A stretch of DNA of 63,455 nucleotides, from contig JBGATS010000005.1 in NCBI GenBank assembly GCA_044229075.1, positions 1 through 63,455 of the forward strand, given 5' to 3'. This stretch comes from Minisyncoccia bacterium (GTDB lineage: Bacteria > Patescibacteriota > Minisyncoccia > Phycocordibacterales > UBA1006). Under the pieces are notes generated by a model. That model saw nothing but the letters and a program-made list of their open reading frames with translations. It did no database searches and had not been told where the DNA came from. The translations under genes and the position numbers were made by a program. Positions 29,325 through 40,800 of this stretch are shown here, in pieces (the stretch's first letter is position 1; the number at the start of each line of letters is the position of its first letter).

Positions 29325-30422
29325 ATGGTGCACATAATGTGGTTTTTCAGTTTTATTCACTATATCATTACGCAACCTGGTCGAGGGAAACAGGTTTTTA
29401 TTGGTGTGTCTGGTGGCGTTGATTCGTCTGTTTCGGCATTACTCTTGAAACTCTATGGGTATACGGTAACCGGAGTTTTTATTCGTACGTGGCAACCTGA
29501 TTGGATTGTGTGCACCTGGCGAGAGGAACGACGTGATGCGATGCGGGTGTGTGCCCACCTGGAAATTCCTTTTCTTGAGCTGGATTTATCGGATCAATAT
29601 AAGAAAGGTGTTGCTGATTACATGATTGCCGAGTATCGAGCAGGGAGAACGCCGAACCCTGATGTAATGTGTAATCGAGAGGTGAAATTCGGTGGTTTTT
29701 TACCATGGGCGATTCAGAAGGGTGCAACATATATTGCAACAGGTCATTACGCGCAGAATAGTAACGATCAATTACTAAAAGGGGTTGATCCGGCAAAAGA
29801 CCAATCGTATTTTCTGTGGACGTTAACTCAAAAACAACTTTCTTCTATTTTATTCCCGGTTGGTGGGTTTCCAAAAAAAGTCACCAGAAGGTTAGCGCGA
29901 TGGTTTATGATTCCTACTGCACAAAAAAAGGATTCCCAAGGAATTTGTTTTATTGGTGAAATTGATATGAAAGATTTTTTACGACAATATATTCAGGAAT
30001 CGCCAGGGGAAGTAGTAGATGAGTCTGGTAAAGTAATTGGGGGTCATTACGGAGTGTTGTTTTATACGTTAGGGGAGCGGCATGGATTTTCCTTGATACA
30101 TCAGGGTACATATACAAAACCATACTATGTCATTGGAAAAGATTTGGAGCGTAATCAATTGATTGTTTCGCAAACAATACACCCAAGACCGAAATCACGA
30201 CGGGTCGTTTTGTCTGAATGTGTTTGGCGACAGCCTTTGGAACAGAAACTTTATACTGCACAAATTCGCTATCACGGGACATTTCAATCATGTAGTATTT
30301 CGTTTCATGATGGAGAATATAGTATAGAGTTTGCTATTGATGACCCAACATTGGCACCAGGTCAATCAGTTGTTATCTATGATAGGGAAGTCTGTATTGG
30401 AGGCGGTATTGTTACAGGATAA
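29325..30422 (+). CDS. mnmA: tRNA-specific 2-thiouridylase MnmA
   Basis: SGGVDS, PNPDVMCN, ATGHYA, KDQSYFL, KKDSQGICF, PGQSVV. Confidence 0.96.
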   Translation: MVHIMWFFSFIHYIITQPGRGKQVFIGVSGGVDSSVSALLLKLYGYTVTGVFIRTWQPDWIVCTWREERRDAMRVCAHLEIPFLELDLSDQYKKGVADYMIAEYRAGRTPNPDVMCNREVKFGGFLPWAIQKGATYIATGHYAQNSNDQLLKGVDPAKDQSYFLWTLTQKQLSSILFPVGGFPKKVTRRLARWFMIPTAQKKDSQGICFIGEIDMKDFLRQYIQESPGEVVDESGKVIGGHYGVLFYTLGERHGFSLIHQGTYTKPYYVIGKDLERNQLIVSQTIHPRPKSRRVVLSECVWRQPLEQKLYTAQIRYHGTFQSCSISFHDGEYSIEFAIDDPTLAPGQSVVIYDREVCIGGGIVTG

Positions 30423-30830
30423 TACCAGTGAGTTTTTCAGCGGTAGGTTTTCCAAGAACCAGAAAGGCCGCCTTGCGGCGACCAATCTGGAAAACGTTTG
30501 TTGATATCGTAAAGATTTCTTTTTTGAAGTCCTCACTCACACTAGTAGTATATCATATCCAATAATAAAGTCAAGCTTTTTCAGAGACGGGGAAGTTTGT
30601 ATCTGTGGATAACTTTTGAGACTTGTTTTTTCACAGTTTTTACCGTATACTTGTAATTGCGAACCCGATGTCCGCCGCACAGGTGGCCGACGGCTAGCAC
30701 TCACATAAAACGTTTGTTTGGAGTCCGCACCCGTTGGCCTCTTGTGCGAATCAAACAAGTAAAAATGCCCATAGGATGGGTATTTTACTTGTTGTTTTTT
30801 ATGAATTGTGCTATATTTTTCTCGTTCTAT

Positions 30831-30903
30831 CGAGATGTGGTGTAACGGCTAACATGCCTGCTTTGGGAGCAGGTGACTCAGGGTTCGAATCCCTGCATCT
30901 CGA
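30831..30903 (+). tRNA. tRNA-Pro(TGG)
   Basis: Acceptor CGAGATG/CATCTCG, anticodon arm CCTGC-TTTGGGA-GCAGG, T-loop GGTTCGAATCC. CCA not encoded. Confidence 0.95.
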
Positions 30904-30946
30904 CACTCCAAGTTCTGCTACTTTTTGTAAAGAAATTTGGATATAT

Positions 30947-31019
30947 GGTGGCCATGGTGTAACGGTTAACACAGCGGGTTGTGGTTCCGCTAATTCGGGT
31001 TCGATTCCCGATGGTCACC
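30947..31019 (+). tRNA. tRNA-His(GTG)
   Basis: G-1 plus GTGGCCA/TGGTCAC, C73, anticodon arm GCGGG-TTGTGGT-TCCGC, GGTTCGATTCC. Confidence 0.95.
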
Positions 31020-31215
31020 CAAGTTTATTCTATCTTTTTAGTAAATTCTTTTCATTTAGAAAAAAATAGAGTATACTATGTATAGAATTAGAGAATCTCG
31101 ATTATTTCTAGATACCCATATAGTTTTTTGTTTAATATAAAATGGTATTATTCGAGTATTCTGATAATATCGCGAGTTTGACGTTGCTATAAAAAAATGC
31201 CGAGAGGCGGTTTTT

Positions 31216-31244
31216 TTGACAAGAAATATGTAATATGATAAAAT
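31216..31244 (+). promoter_or_regulatory. sigma70 promoter
   Basis: TTGACA-N17-TAAAAT with extended TG, upstream of 31259. Confidence 0.6.
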
Positions 31245-31258
31245 AAAAAAAAGAAATC

Positions 31259-31675
31259 ATGAATATACAAAATTTAATAAAAGAATCTAAATCGTATAGA
31301 TTTGGAAAAGGAAGAAAATTGATAAAACCATTTGGCTCATTTGATGAAATTTGGTTACTGTTGAACAATATTGAATTTGAAGCAGTTATCGATGCAGATG
31401 AAAATTTCAATTTTTTTATTAGAAAAAAATTGTTCTGGATTTTAGATTTGAATCACGATGCGACTACGCAATTAAAGTTTAAAGAAGTATCTCAAACAGA
31501 GCAAAATACTCGGCTGGTAGCTATTGCTGATCAGGTATTACTTACTTATTTTGAAGAAGACTTAAATTATCTCTTTTTAGAAGGTATAACTTACCGAAAA
31601 GATCCATATAATTCTCTTTCTTCGTATCGAATCAATTCTGCGCGTGGAACAAGTCAAAATGCTTCCCAAAATTAA
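31259..31675 (+). CDS. Hypothetical protein (AT-rich cassette)
   Basis: 138-aa ORF with its own promoter; no motif recognised. Confidence 0.65.
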   Translation: MNIQNLIKESKSYRFGKGRKLIKPFGSFDEIWLLLNNIEFEAVIDADENFNFFIRKKLFWILDLNHDATTQLKFKEVSQTEQNTRLVAIADQVLLTYFEEDLNYLFLEGITYRKDPYNSLSSYRINSARGTSQNASQN

Positions 31676-31776
31676 AGTATTTATTTAACTAGCTTCTTGA
31701 AAAAGAGGCAGTTTTTTTATTACAGGAATATGCTTTGTTTCGACAGGTTTCCTCTAATATGGTAAAATGGGTAATC

Positions 31777-33951
31777 ATGAAGATTTTCCACCAAAACAAA
31801 CTTGTTTTAAAAAGCGAATACCAACCATCAGGTGATCAACCTGGTGCTATTGTTGCGCTCACAGAGGGAATTAAAAAGGGAATGCAAAAACAGACACTGT
31901 TGGGTGCGACAGGAACTGGAAAGACGTTTACCATGGCAAATGTGATTGAAAAAATTCAAAAACCAACACTTGTGATTGCGCACAATAAAACTCTTGCTGC
32001 ACAACTTGCGCAGGAATTTGAAACATTTTTTCCTGATGCTGCTGTTCACTATTTTGTTTCCTATTACGATTATTATCAGCCAGAGGCCTATATGCCAATC
32101 ACTGATACCTATATCGAGAAAGATGCCCAAATCAACGAGGAAATTGATCGACTGCGACATGCTTCAACTCAGGCACTGTTGACGCGGAGTGATGTAATTA
32201 TTGTTGCGTCGGTTTCGTGTATTTATGGTTTGGGAAGTCCAGAAGAATATGCAGCTATGAACGTAGGACTTCAGCTTGATCAGAATATTTCAAAACGAGA
32301 TTTGATGGAACAATTGGTGCGAGTCCACTATTCGAGAACGACTGCTGATCTGACATCAGGGCAATTTCGAGCAGTTGGAAACCGAGTAGATGTCATGCCA
32401 GTTTCAGAAAAATATATGATATCGATCGTATTTTCAGGGAATCAAATTGGATTGATTCAAGTTATTGATCCAATAACATCAACAATTTTGGAAACTCCAG
32501 AACATGTGTTTCTATTCCCAGCAAAACACTTTCTCACCGAAGGTGAGAAAAAAGAAAAAGCAATAAAAGCTATTGAAAAAGAAATGAAAGATCAAGTAAA
32601 GAAATTTGAAAAAGAAGGGAAATTATTGGAAGCAGAACGTATCAAACGACGTACCCAGAACGATCTTGCGATGATGCGAGAGATTGGATATTGCAGTGGA
32701 ATTGAAAACTATTCACGACCATTGTCAGGTAAAGGACCAGGCGAACCGCCTGAAACATTGATTTCGTATTTTCCGCATGACAAGGATGGAAAGCCAGAAT
32801 TTTTAACAATGATTGATGAATCGCACGTGACCTTGCCGCAATTGCACGGAATGTATGCAGGTGATGCGTCACGTAAAAAGACACTGATAGAGTTTGGATT
32901 TCGATTGCCGTCAGCAGCAGATAACAGACCATTAAAATACGATGAATTTGAAAAACGGATTGGGCAAGTGGTGTATGTTTCTGCGACACCAGGGAAAATA
33001 GAATTGGAGACATCAGAACAAGTTGCAGAACAAATTATTCGACCAACAGGGTTGGTTGATCCGGTGGTTGAGGTGAGACCAGTGACTGCGAGTGGGCCAT
33101 TACGAGAGATATCTCCTCGTTTATCGTCTTCGAAAATTCCCTCGTCTGACGACTCGGTTTCGCCGCGAAGCGGCTTGATCTCATCCTCAAAACGAGGAGA
33201 TATTTCTCGTAATTTTGTATATCCAGGTCAAATCCAAGACTTCATCAAGGAAACAGAAACTGAAATCAAAAAAGGAGGCCGTGTGATTGCAACTACTCTT
33301 ACCAAGAAAATGGCAGAAGACTTGTCAGAATATCTGAAGGAACGTAAGATAAAGGCAGAATATCTGCACAGTGAAATTAAAACGATTGATCGAATTCAAA
33401 TTATTTCACAATTTAGAAAAGGAGATTTTGATTGTTTGGTTGGAGTAAACTTGCTCCGCGAAGGACTTGATATGCCCGAAGTTTCTTTCATTGGAATCTT
33501 GGATGCAGACAAGGAAGGATTTTTGCGGTCAGAAACAGCATTGATTCAAACTATTGGACGTGCAGCACGTAACGTAGATGGTCGCGTAATTTTATATGCA
33601 GACAATATAACAGGATCCATGGAACGTGCGATTAGTGAAACTCAACGCCGTCGAGATAAACAAATTGCATATAATACCAAACATGGTATTACGCCGATGT
33701 CTATTAAAAAAACTATCCGAGATATTACCGAAGGAATGCTGTCGGATCATGAAAAAGCGGTATCGGCAAGTCTTGCGATTGATGCACAATTGTTTGCAGA
33801 TAATCCAAAAGAATTGATCAAGATAAAGGAAGTACAGATGAACGACGCCGTTGCCGAACTCGATTTTGAAACTGCTGCTATTTTGCGAGACGAAATTCAG
33901 ATTATTAAGGAAAAAATTGGAGTCGCAAAAAAGAAATCTCGGAAAAGATAA
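31777..33951 (+). CDS. uvrB: Excinuclease ABC subunit B, carrying an in-frame palindromic insertion
   Basis: GATGTGKT, YYDYYQPEAY, DESH, SATP, RPTG, NLLREGLD, QTIGRAARN and a UVR domain. About 38 extra aa after DPVVEVRPV. Confidence 0.96.
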   Translation: MKIFHQNKLVLKSEYQPSGDQPGAIVALTEGIKKGMQKQTLLGATGTGKTFTMANVIEKIQKPTLVIAHNKTLAAQLAQEFETFFPDAAVHYFVSYYDYYQPEAYMPITDTYIEKDAQINEEIDRLRHASTQALLTRSDVIIVASVSCIYGLGSPEEYAAMNVGLQLDQNISKRDLMEQLVRVHYSRTTADLTSGQFRAVGNRVDVMPVSEKYMISIVFSGNQIGLIQVIDPITSTILETPEHVFLFPAKHFLTEGEKKEKAIKAIEKEMKDQVKKFEKEGKLLEAERIKRRTQNDLAMMREIGYCSGIENYSRPLSGKGPGEPPETLISYFPHDKDGKPEFLTMIDESHVTLPQLHGMYAGDASRKKTLIEFGFRLPSAADNRPLKYDEFEKRIGQVVYVSATPGKIELETSEQVAEQIIRPTGLVDPVVEVRPVTASGPLREISPRLSSSKIPSSDDSVSPRSGLISSSKRGDISRNFVYPGQIQDFIKETETEIKKGGRVIATTLTKKMAEDLSEYLKERKIKAEYLHSEIKTIDRIQIISQFRKGDFDCLVGVNLLREGLDMPEVSFIGILDADKEGFLRSETALIQTIGRAARNVDGRVILYADNITGSMERAISETQRRRDKQIAYNTKHGITPMSIKKTIRDITEGMLSDHEKAVSASLAIDAQLFADNPKELIKIKEVQMNDAVAELDFETAAILRDEIQIIKEKIGVAKKKSRKR
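33099..33213. mobile_element. MITE-like/palindromic element inserted in frame in uvrB
   Basis: 24-bp terminal inverted repeats (33099-33122 and 33190-33213) matching at 23/24, with an internal GCCGC-GAA-GCGGC hairpin. Confidence 0.7.
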
Positions 33952-34200
33952 TACATAACCAAGGGTTATTTCGAGAATTGGTAATTACTCTAAGTATTTT
34001 CAAAAATAAAAAACTCCTCACGAAAAAGAGAGGAGTCCCTCGCCGGGGAGTAGCCGGCCGAGGACCTACAGTATATCATATTCCTTCGAATGTATGCAAG
34101 AGAGTGCAAGATGTATTTTGGCTAATAGGTACTTGATAATAACGAATGTTCCAGAGAATTACTGGAAAAAAAGGCCCTACTGTGATAGTATTATCATACT

Positions 34201-35607
34201 ATGGAACAAAAAGATCTCATGGAAAAAATTGTATCATTATGCAAACGCCGCGGATTTATTTATCAAGGATCCGAGATTTATGGTGGGTTGGCTGGAACAT
34301 TTGATTATGGACCGCTTGGCGTATTGCTCAAGAAAAATATCGAGAATCTGTGGTGGAAACGATTTGTCCTCGACCGAGAAGACATGTATGGAATCGACGC
34401 ATCAATTTTAATGAACCAGGAAGTTTGGAAAGCATCAGGGCATGTGGGTGGTTTTTCTGATCCGTTGGTAGAAGATTTGGAAACAAAAAAACGCTACCGT
34501 GCTGATCATCTATTGGAGGCAAATACTATCGACCCACGCGGTATGACAATTGCTGATATGGATCGGGTTATCAAGGAACAGGGAATCAAAAGTCCTGAGG
34601 GAAATCCACTTGGTGACGTGCGTCAATTTAATATGATGTTTCAGACCAATATTGGCGCAACCACTGATGAATCATCAATTTCATATTTACGACCAGAGAC
34701 AGCACAGGGAATGTTTGTAAATTTCAAAAATGTGATGGATTCGTTCCATCCAAAATTACCGTTTGGTATGGCACAAATTGGAAAAGCATTCCGTAATGAA
34801 ATCGCACCACGAGACTTCATCTTCCGCGTGCGTGAACTTGAACAAATGGAAATTGAATATTTTGTAGACCCAAGAAATCAAGAATCAGTGATGCAACTGT
34901 TTGACCAATTATTTGATGATCAAATAAAATTCTTACAGGACGACCTCGGATTTACTCCTTCAAAAATTCATAAGATTGAAATCGACGCCAATGATCGTGC
35001 ACACTATTCATCACGCAGTGTTGATACAGAATTTGATTTTCCATTTGGACAGAAAGAATTACTAGGTCTAGCATATCGAACTGATTATGATTTGCAGGCA
35101 CACACGAATGCCAGCGGTGTTGATCTATCGTATTTTGACGAAGAAACAAAAGAACGACTGGTGCCACACTGTATCGAGCCGACATTTGGATTGGGACGAT
35201 TAATACTGGCAGCACTTTCTGATGCATATCACGAGGATGATCTGGGTGGTGAAACACGGAGTGTTTTGAAACTGTCACCAAAGATTGCACCCTATATTTG
35301 TGCAGTCTCACCATTACTCAAAAACAAACCAGAACTACAGAACAAGGCACGCGAAGTATTTAGTATGTTGAAAAAACAATTCGGTCGCGTTGTGTATGAT
35401 GACAATGGAAATGTCGGAAAGCGTTATCGACGACAGGATGAAATTGGAACACCTTGGTGCATTGTGGTAGATTTCGATACCACTGGAACAGGTGATAGTA
35501 TCAATCCAGAATGGAAAGATATGGTGACAGTACGTGATCGTGATACAGGGGAACAAACACGTGTTGCTATTAGTGACCTTGTTAATTACTTTCAAGAAAG
35601 AATTTAA
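34201..35607 (+). CDS. glyQS: Glycine--tRNA ligase (homodimeric GlyRS1 type)
   Basis: SLCKRRGF, YLRPETAQG, GKAFRNEI, IEPTFGLGR, GKRYRRQDEIGTP. Confidence 0.96.
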   Translation: MEQKDLMEKIVSLCKRRGFIYQGSEIYGGLAGTFDYGPLGVLLKKNIENLWWKRFVLDREDMYGIDASILMNQEVWKASGHVGGFSDPLVEDLETKKRYRADHLLEANTIDPRGMTIADMDRVIKEQGIKSPEGNPLGDVRQFNMMFQTNIGATTDESSISYLRPETAQGMFVNFKNVMDSFHPKLPFGMAQIGKAFRNEIAPRDFIFRVRELEQMEIEYFVDPRNQESVMQLFDQLFDDQIKFLQDDLGFTPSKIHKIEIDANDRAHYSSRSVDTEFDFPFGQKELLGLAYRTDYDLQAHTNASGVDLSYFDEETKERLVPHCIEPTFGLGRLILAALSDAYHEDDLGGETRSVLKLSPKIAPYICAVSPLLKNKPELQNKAREVFSMLKKQFGRVVYDDNGNVGKRYRRQDEIGTPWCIVVDFDTTGTGDSINPEWKDMVTVRDRDTGEQTRVAISDLVNYFQERI

Positions 35608-35646
35608 AAACTACCAGAAATGGTGGTTTTTTGATATAATAAAAAA

Positions 35647-36375
35647 ATGAAACTTGGTTTTGAAAAATTTAACAGAAGAGAATCCGTGAAAGAAAACCTT
35701 GATTATGAAGTTGTTATTAATGATACTTCATATCAAATACACCTTTTAAAGAGTGGAAAATATTCATATGAAATAACTTTTTCGGCTGAAAATACTGGAC
35801 TCATCACTAATAAGGGAATTAAGCAATTTTACTCATTAGTAGAAGAAATTAAAAAAATTATTGAAAATTTACAAAAAACTGAAATAATAAAGGAAATTAC
35901 TTTTTGTGCTTCAGCTGAGTATAGGAACTTGGATACTATGTTAGAAATACAAAAAAAGATGCAGGAAAAGTTTAAAACAGACAATCATTGTTTCGACGGG
36001 TTCTCATTTGAAGACGATCAGGAAAAGATATTCATTGACAATAAAACTCTTTTTTTTGGTCTTAAATTATATCATTCAAAACTAGAGCGAGTATTAGGAA
36101 AAACAAGGAAGGAGGTGAAAAATGAAATCAATATTGAGGAAATAGTAGACAATGTATCTGAAGTTGAACATTATTTTTCAAACAGTATATGTTTAAATCA
36201 ACTACTTAAATATATAAAAATTTCTCTACCAGAAGAATTGTTATTTCAAATAAATAGTGATTTTGATAACAAGAAAGCTGAGCAAAGAAACTCCCTTTAT
36301 AAAAGGGTTCTTGAAAGAAGTTTCCCAAATTTAAAGTATGAATTTGACGGTAAGCAGTTTAAAATATTTTTTTGA
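35647..36375 (+). CDS. Hypothetical protein (AT-rich cassette)
   Basis: 242-aa ORF, very AT-rich, no motif recognised. Confidence 0.7.
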   Translation: MKLGFEKFNRRESVKENLDYEVVINDTSYQIHLLKSGKYSYEITFSAENTGLITNKGIKQFYSLVEEIKKIIENLQKTEIIKEITFCASAEYRNLDTMLEIQKKMQEKFKTDNHCFDGFSFEDDQEKIFIDNKTLFFGLKLYHSKLERVLGKTRKEVKNEINIEEIVDNVSEVEHYFSNSICLNQLLKYIKISLPEELLFQINSDFDNKKAEQRNSLYKRVLERSFPNLKYEFDGKQFKIFF

Positions 36376-36434
36376 CATTTTTATTATATTATGTAATATA
36401 AGAGAAAATTTATAATCTTTAAAAACTTAATAAC

Positions 36435-37550
36435 ATGAATATAAAACAATTTATTCCAGGATCATTACCTGATCACTTTATCCAGCAATTGATAAATGAA
36501 CGTTTTATTAAAAATGCACTTTCTGAGAATGTAAAGCCAAGTTCTCTTGATTTGCAGATTGATGTGAAAACACTTGTCGAGGTGCCGTGTGCATTTTTAC
36601 CATCAAAAAATAAATCAACTGTTGCACAGACTTTGGAATATTTAGGTGCAAAAAATATCTATCAATCTGGTAAAACAATCATCCAGGTTGGAAAGGTGTA
36701 CGTTGCACGTGTTGTGGAATCAATTAATTTATCACAAACACGTGGAATTTTTGCCAGAGCTAATCCGAAATCATCAACTGGACGCAGCGACATTCACGCA
36801 CAGTTACTTGCAGATTTTGTTCCTGCATATGATACTATTCCACAAAAATGGTCTGGAAATTTATATGTCTTGTTACGACCAAAATCATTTTCTGTCGAAT
36901 TTCCTGATGATATTGTGTCATTGAATCAAATCAGATTTTTTCAGGATGAACGAGTATTAATTTCAGATGAATCACTGCGTCAGGTCATCGGAACGGGAAT
37001 TATTAAAAATACTCATCGCGACATACCATTGCAATTCAGTGATATTATTCGTGGGAATAATCGTATTGAACTTTCTCTTGATTTGCGTGATTTAGGTGAA
37101 GTACCTGGATATATCGCAAAGGTTGGTGTGTCAAAACCATTGGTCTGGAAAAAACATGCAAATGATTGGCAAGATTTTTTTGAGCCACTACCAAAGATTT
37201 TAGATAACAAGGCAATGATTTTTGAGAAAGATCGATTTTATATTCTATCAAGTAGAGAATCAGTACGTATACCACGTGAATATGCGTGTGAAATGGTTTC
37301 GTTTGATGATACGTTGGGCGAATTTCGTTCTCATTATGCTGGTTTTATTGATAACGGTTGGGGACAGAACAGTCATAGGCCATTAACGCTCGAATTGCGC
37401 ACCAATGAAGACATGTATATGTATCACGGACAACCGGTAGCACATATTGTACTTGATCAAATGTGTGCACCTGTAGAAAAATCGTATGACGAAATCGATT
37501 CTAATTATACAGATCAAGTAACAGCCCGATTAGGAAAATTTTTTAAATAG
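36435..37550 (+). CDS. dcd: dCTP deaminase, long two-domain form
   Basis: PSSLDL, ANPKSSTGRSD and FRSHYAGFIDNGWG, with duplicated dUTPase-like domains. Confidence 0.85.
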   Translation: MNIKQFIPGSLPDHFIQQLINERFIKNALSENVKPSSLDLQIDVKTLVEVPCAFLPSKNKSTVAQTLEYLGAKNIYQSGKTIIQVGKVYVARVVESINLSQTRGIFARANPKSSTGRSDIHAQLLADFVPAYDTIPQKWSGNLYVLLRPKSFSVEFPDDIVSLNQIRFFQDERVLISDESLRQVIGTGIIKNTHRDIPLQFSDIIRGNNRIELSLDLRDLGEVPGYIAKVGVSKPLVWKKHANDWQDFFEPLPKILDNKAMIFEKDRFYILSSRESVRIPREYACEMVSFDDTLGEFRSHYAGFIDNGWGQNSHRPLTLELRTNEDMYMYHGQPVAHIVLDQMCAPVEKSYDEIDSNYTDQVTARLGKFFK

Positions 37551-37665
37551 TACAATATAATATATTTTCACGATATAAAAATTTCTCATCGCAAAGCTTT
37601 CAATTCTCTATATTGGGGGCTTTTTATTTAAGTGGGAATAAAGAGTTGAACTCACAAGCTACTTC

Positions 37666-37693
37666 TTGACTCAAAACAAAAAAAGAGTATAGT
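37666..37693 (+). promoter_or_regulatory. Probable rpoBC promoter
   Basis: TTGACT-N16-TATAGT about 150 bp upstream of rpoB. Confidence 0.45.
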
Positions 37694-37843
37694 AACTACC
37701 AATACCGAGACATGAATGAGTTCCAGCGGGTAGATTACTAACGCCTCATTACGAATAGGAAGCCGCTCTGATATCAGGGATGGTTTTTATTCGTTTTGGA
37801 TAAACAATACTACATTGTTTATAATTTTGTTCGCATAATTCTT

Positions 37844-40800
37844 ATGTCAAAAAATCAAAAAGAACAAGGTATCGTTCAGGGACCATTCCCAAAAAAGGTT
37901 TTCAGTAAATATCGAAAACCATTAGTAGAGGTGCCAAACCTCATTGAAAACCAGTTAGTTTCTTACCAAAAATTTCTTGAACATGACCTTGGTCGTGTAA
38001 TCAAGGAATATTCACCAGTGCTCGATTATTCTGAAAAGAAATTTGAATTTTCTATCACTGGCATTCGTCTCATTCGACCTGACCATGATGAACATTTCGC
38101 AAAAGAGAACAAACTCACGTTCGAGGGTCAATTGAAAGCCCAAGTAAAAATTCACAACAAAGTATTAGGTGCAGTAAAAGACCAAGAAATTTCCTTGGCA
38201 CAAATTCCGCTCATTACTCCGAATGGTACCTTCATTATTAACGGTGTAGAACGAGTAATTGTTCCACAGTTAATGCGAAGTCCCGGAGTATCGTTTACTG
38301 ACAACCTCACGCGTAAGGGGAGATTTTTCGGTGCAAAAATTATTCCCGCACGAGGTGTGTGGATTGAACTTGAATCTGATGGAGACAATGCAGTATTCGT
38401 TCGTATTGATAAAAAAAGAAAATTCTATGTAACCACATTATTGCGTGCAATTGGTCCAGATTCTGATGAAGAAATTATGAATTTGTTCACCAACGAAGAT
38501 GCAAAAAATTATATTGAGTACTGTCTTTCAAAAGACACAACAAAAACAAAAGGGGAAGCTTTTGTAGATATTTATAAAAAATTGCGAGACGGAGAATCTG
38601 CGCCTGCAGATAGTGCAAAGGAGTTTTTCCAGTCAGTTATGTCTCCAGAACGATATGATTTATCAAAAGTTGGACGCTATTTTTTCAATAAACGATTTAA
38701 TAAAAGTCTCAGCGAGACTGATCTTGCAGTACAACAATTAACGGTAGATGATGTAGTAACGATTGTTGAACATATTATCACATTAAACAATACGCCACGA
38801 GCAAAGGTAGATGATATTGATCACCTGGGATCACGTCGTGTGCGTTTTGTGGGTGAATTAGTGGAACTCGCAGTTCGTAAAGGTATGGCACGTGTTAAAA
38901 GAAACACCCAAGACAAAATGTCGACGATTGATGTAAACACCTTGTTACCGATTCAATTTATTAACCAACGACCACTCCAGGCAGCGATCAGTGAATTCTT
39001 TACCCAGAATCAATTGTCGCAGTTTATTTCTCAGGAAAACCTCCTTACCGAGGTAGACCACCTTCGACGTGTTTCTGCACTTGGTCCAGGTGGGCTTACT
39101 CGTGAACGAGCAGGATTCGAAGTTCGAGACCTCCACCCATCTCACTACGGACGTCTTTGTCCTATCCGAACTCCAGAAGGACCAAACATTGGGTTGATTC
39201 TTCAGCTTTCTATGTATGCACGAATCAATGAATTTGGAATGATCGAAACCCCATACATGGCTGTTGAGAACGGAAAAATTACCAACAAAATTGATTACTT
39301 GAACGCGCTGGAGGAAGAAAAATACGTTATTGCCCACGCAGGAATGGTGAATGAAAAAGGAATGATCAGCCATGAAGTTGTCGAGGCGCGTATTCATGGT
39401 GGCCCAGGATATGCAACTCCACAACAGGTACAATATGTTGACGTTGCTATTAATCAAGCATTCTCTGTAGGAGCTTCATTGATTCCATTTCTCGAACATG
39501 ATGACGCAAAACGAACATTGATGGGATCAAACATGCAGACACAGGCAATGCCATGTGTGGTACCTATGGCACCATTGGTTGCAACAGGAATTGAGGATCG
39601 GGTAGCGCTTGATACTGGGAGACTCTGTCTTGCAGCAGAGGATGGAGAAATAACCTATGTAGATGGAAGAAAAATTGAAGTAAAAAACGCTAAAGGAAAA
39701 ACAATCACCTATCCAATGACTGTATATACACGAACTAACCAGAGTACTATTTACCATCAGCGACCCATTGTTTCTGTTGGACAAAAGGTAGTCATGGGAC
39801 AAGTATTGGCAGATGGTGCAACCACGGAAAACGGGCAACTTGCGATTGGGCAAAATGTTCGTGTTGCGTTCATGTGTTGGAATGGTGCAAACTTTGAAGA
39901 TGCGATTATTGTGTCAGAACGATTGGTAAAGAAAAATGTATTTACCAGTATTCATATTGACGAATATGACTGTGTTGTTCGTGATACAAAACTTGGTGAA
40001 GAACAAACAACGCGTGATATCCCGAACGTTGGTGAAGTGCGATTAAAAGACCTTGACGATGAAGGAATTGTTCGTATCGGTGCAGAGGTTCGTGAAGGAG
40101 ATATCTTGGTAGGAAAAATCACTCCAAAAGGTGAAGTAGAACTCACACCAGAAGAACGATTGTTGCGCAGTATTTTTGGTGAAAAAGTTCGTGATGTAAA
40201 AGACACCTCACTCCGCATGGAGAAAGGAGGAAAGGGACGCATTATTGGTGTGAAGGTATTTTCTCGAGACAAGGGTGATAATTTGGAATCAGGGGTACTA
40301 AAGAGAATTTATATCCAAATCGCGCAGCTTCGCAATATTCAAATGGGAGACAAGCTTGCTGGACGACACGGAAACAAGGGAGTAGTCTCTGTTGTTCTTC
40401 CCGAGGAAGACATGCCATACAGTGCTGACGGTCAGCCAATTGATATTGTGTTGACACCTCTCGGAGTACCATCTCGTATGAACTTGGGGCAAATTTTGGA
40501 AATGCACCTTGGGCTCGCTGCAAATACGTTAGGATATCAAGCAATTGTTCCGCCATTTGCTGGAGCAACTCCAGAAGAAATCAAGGATGAATTAGTACAA
40601 GCAGGATTTTCACAAACAGGAAAAATGCCATTATTTGACGGACACACCGGAGAACAGTTTGATCAAGATGTTGCAGTCGGATATATGTATATGTTGAAAC
40701 TTTCTCACATGGTGGAAGATAAACTCCACGCACGTTCGGTTGGTCCATACAGTTTAATCACTCAGCAACCACTGGGTGGAAAGGCACAAGGTGGTGGACA

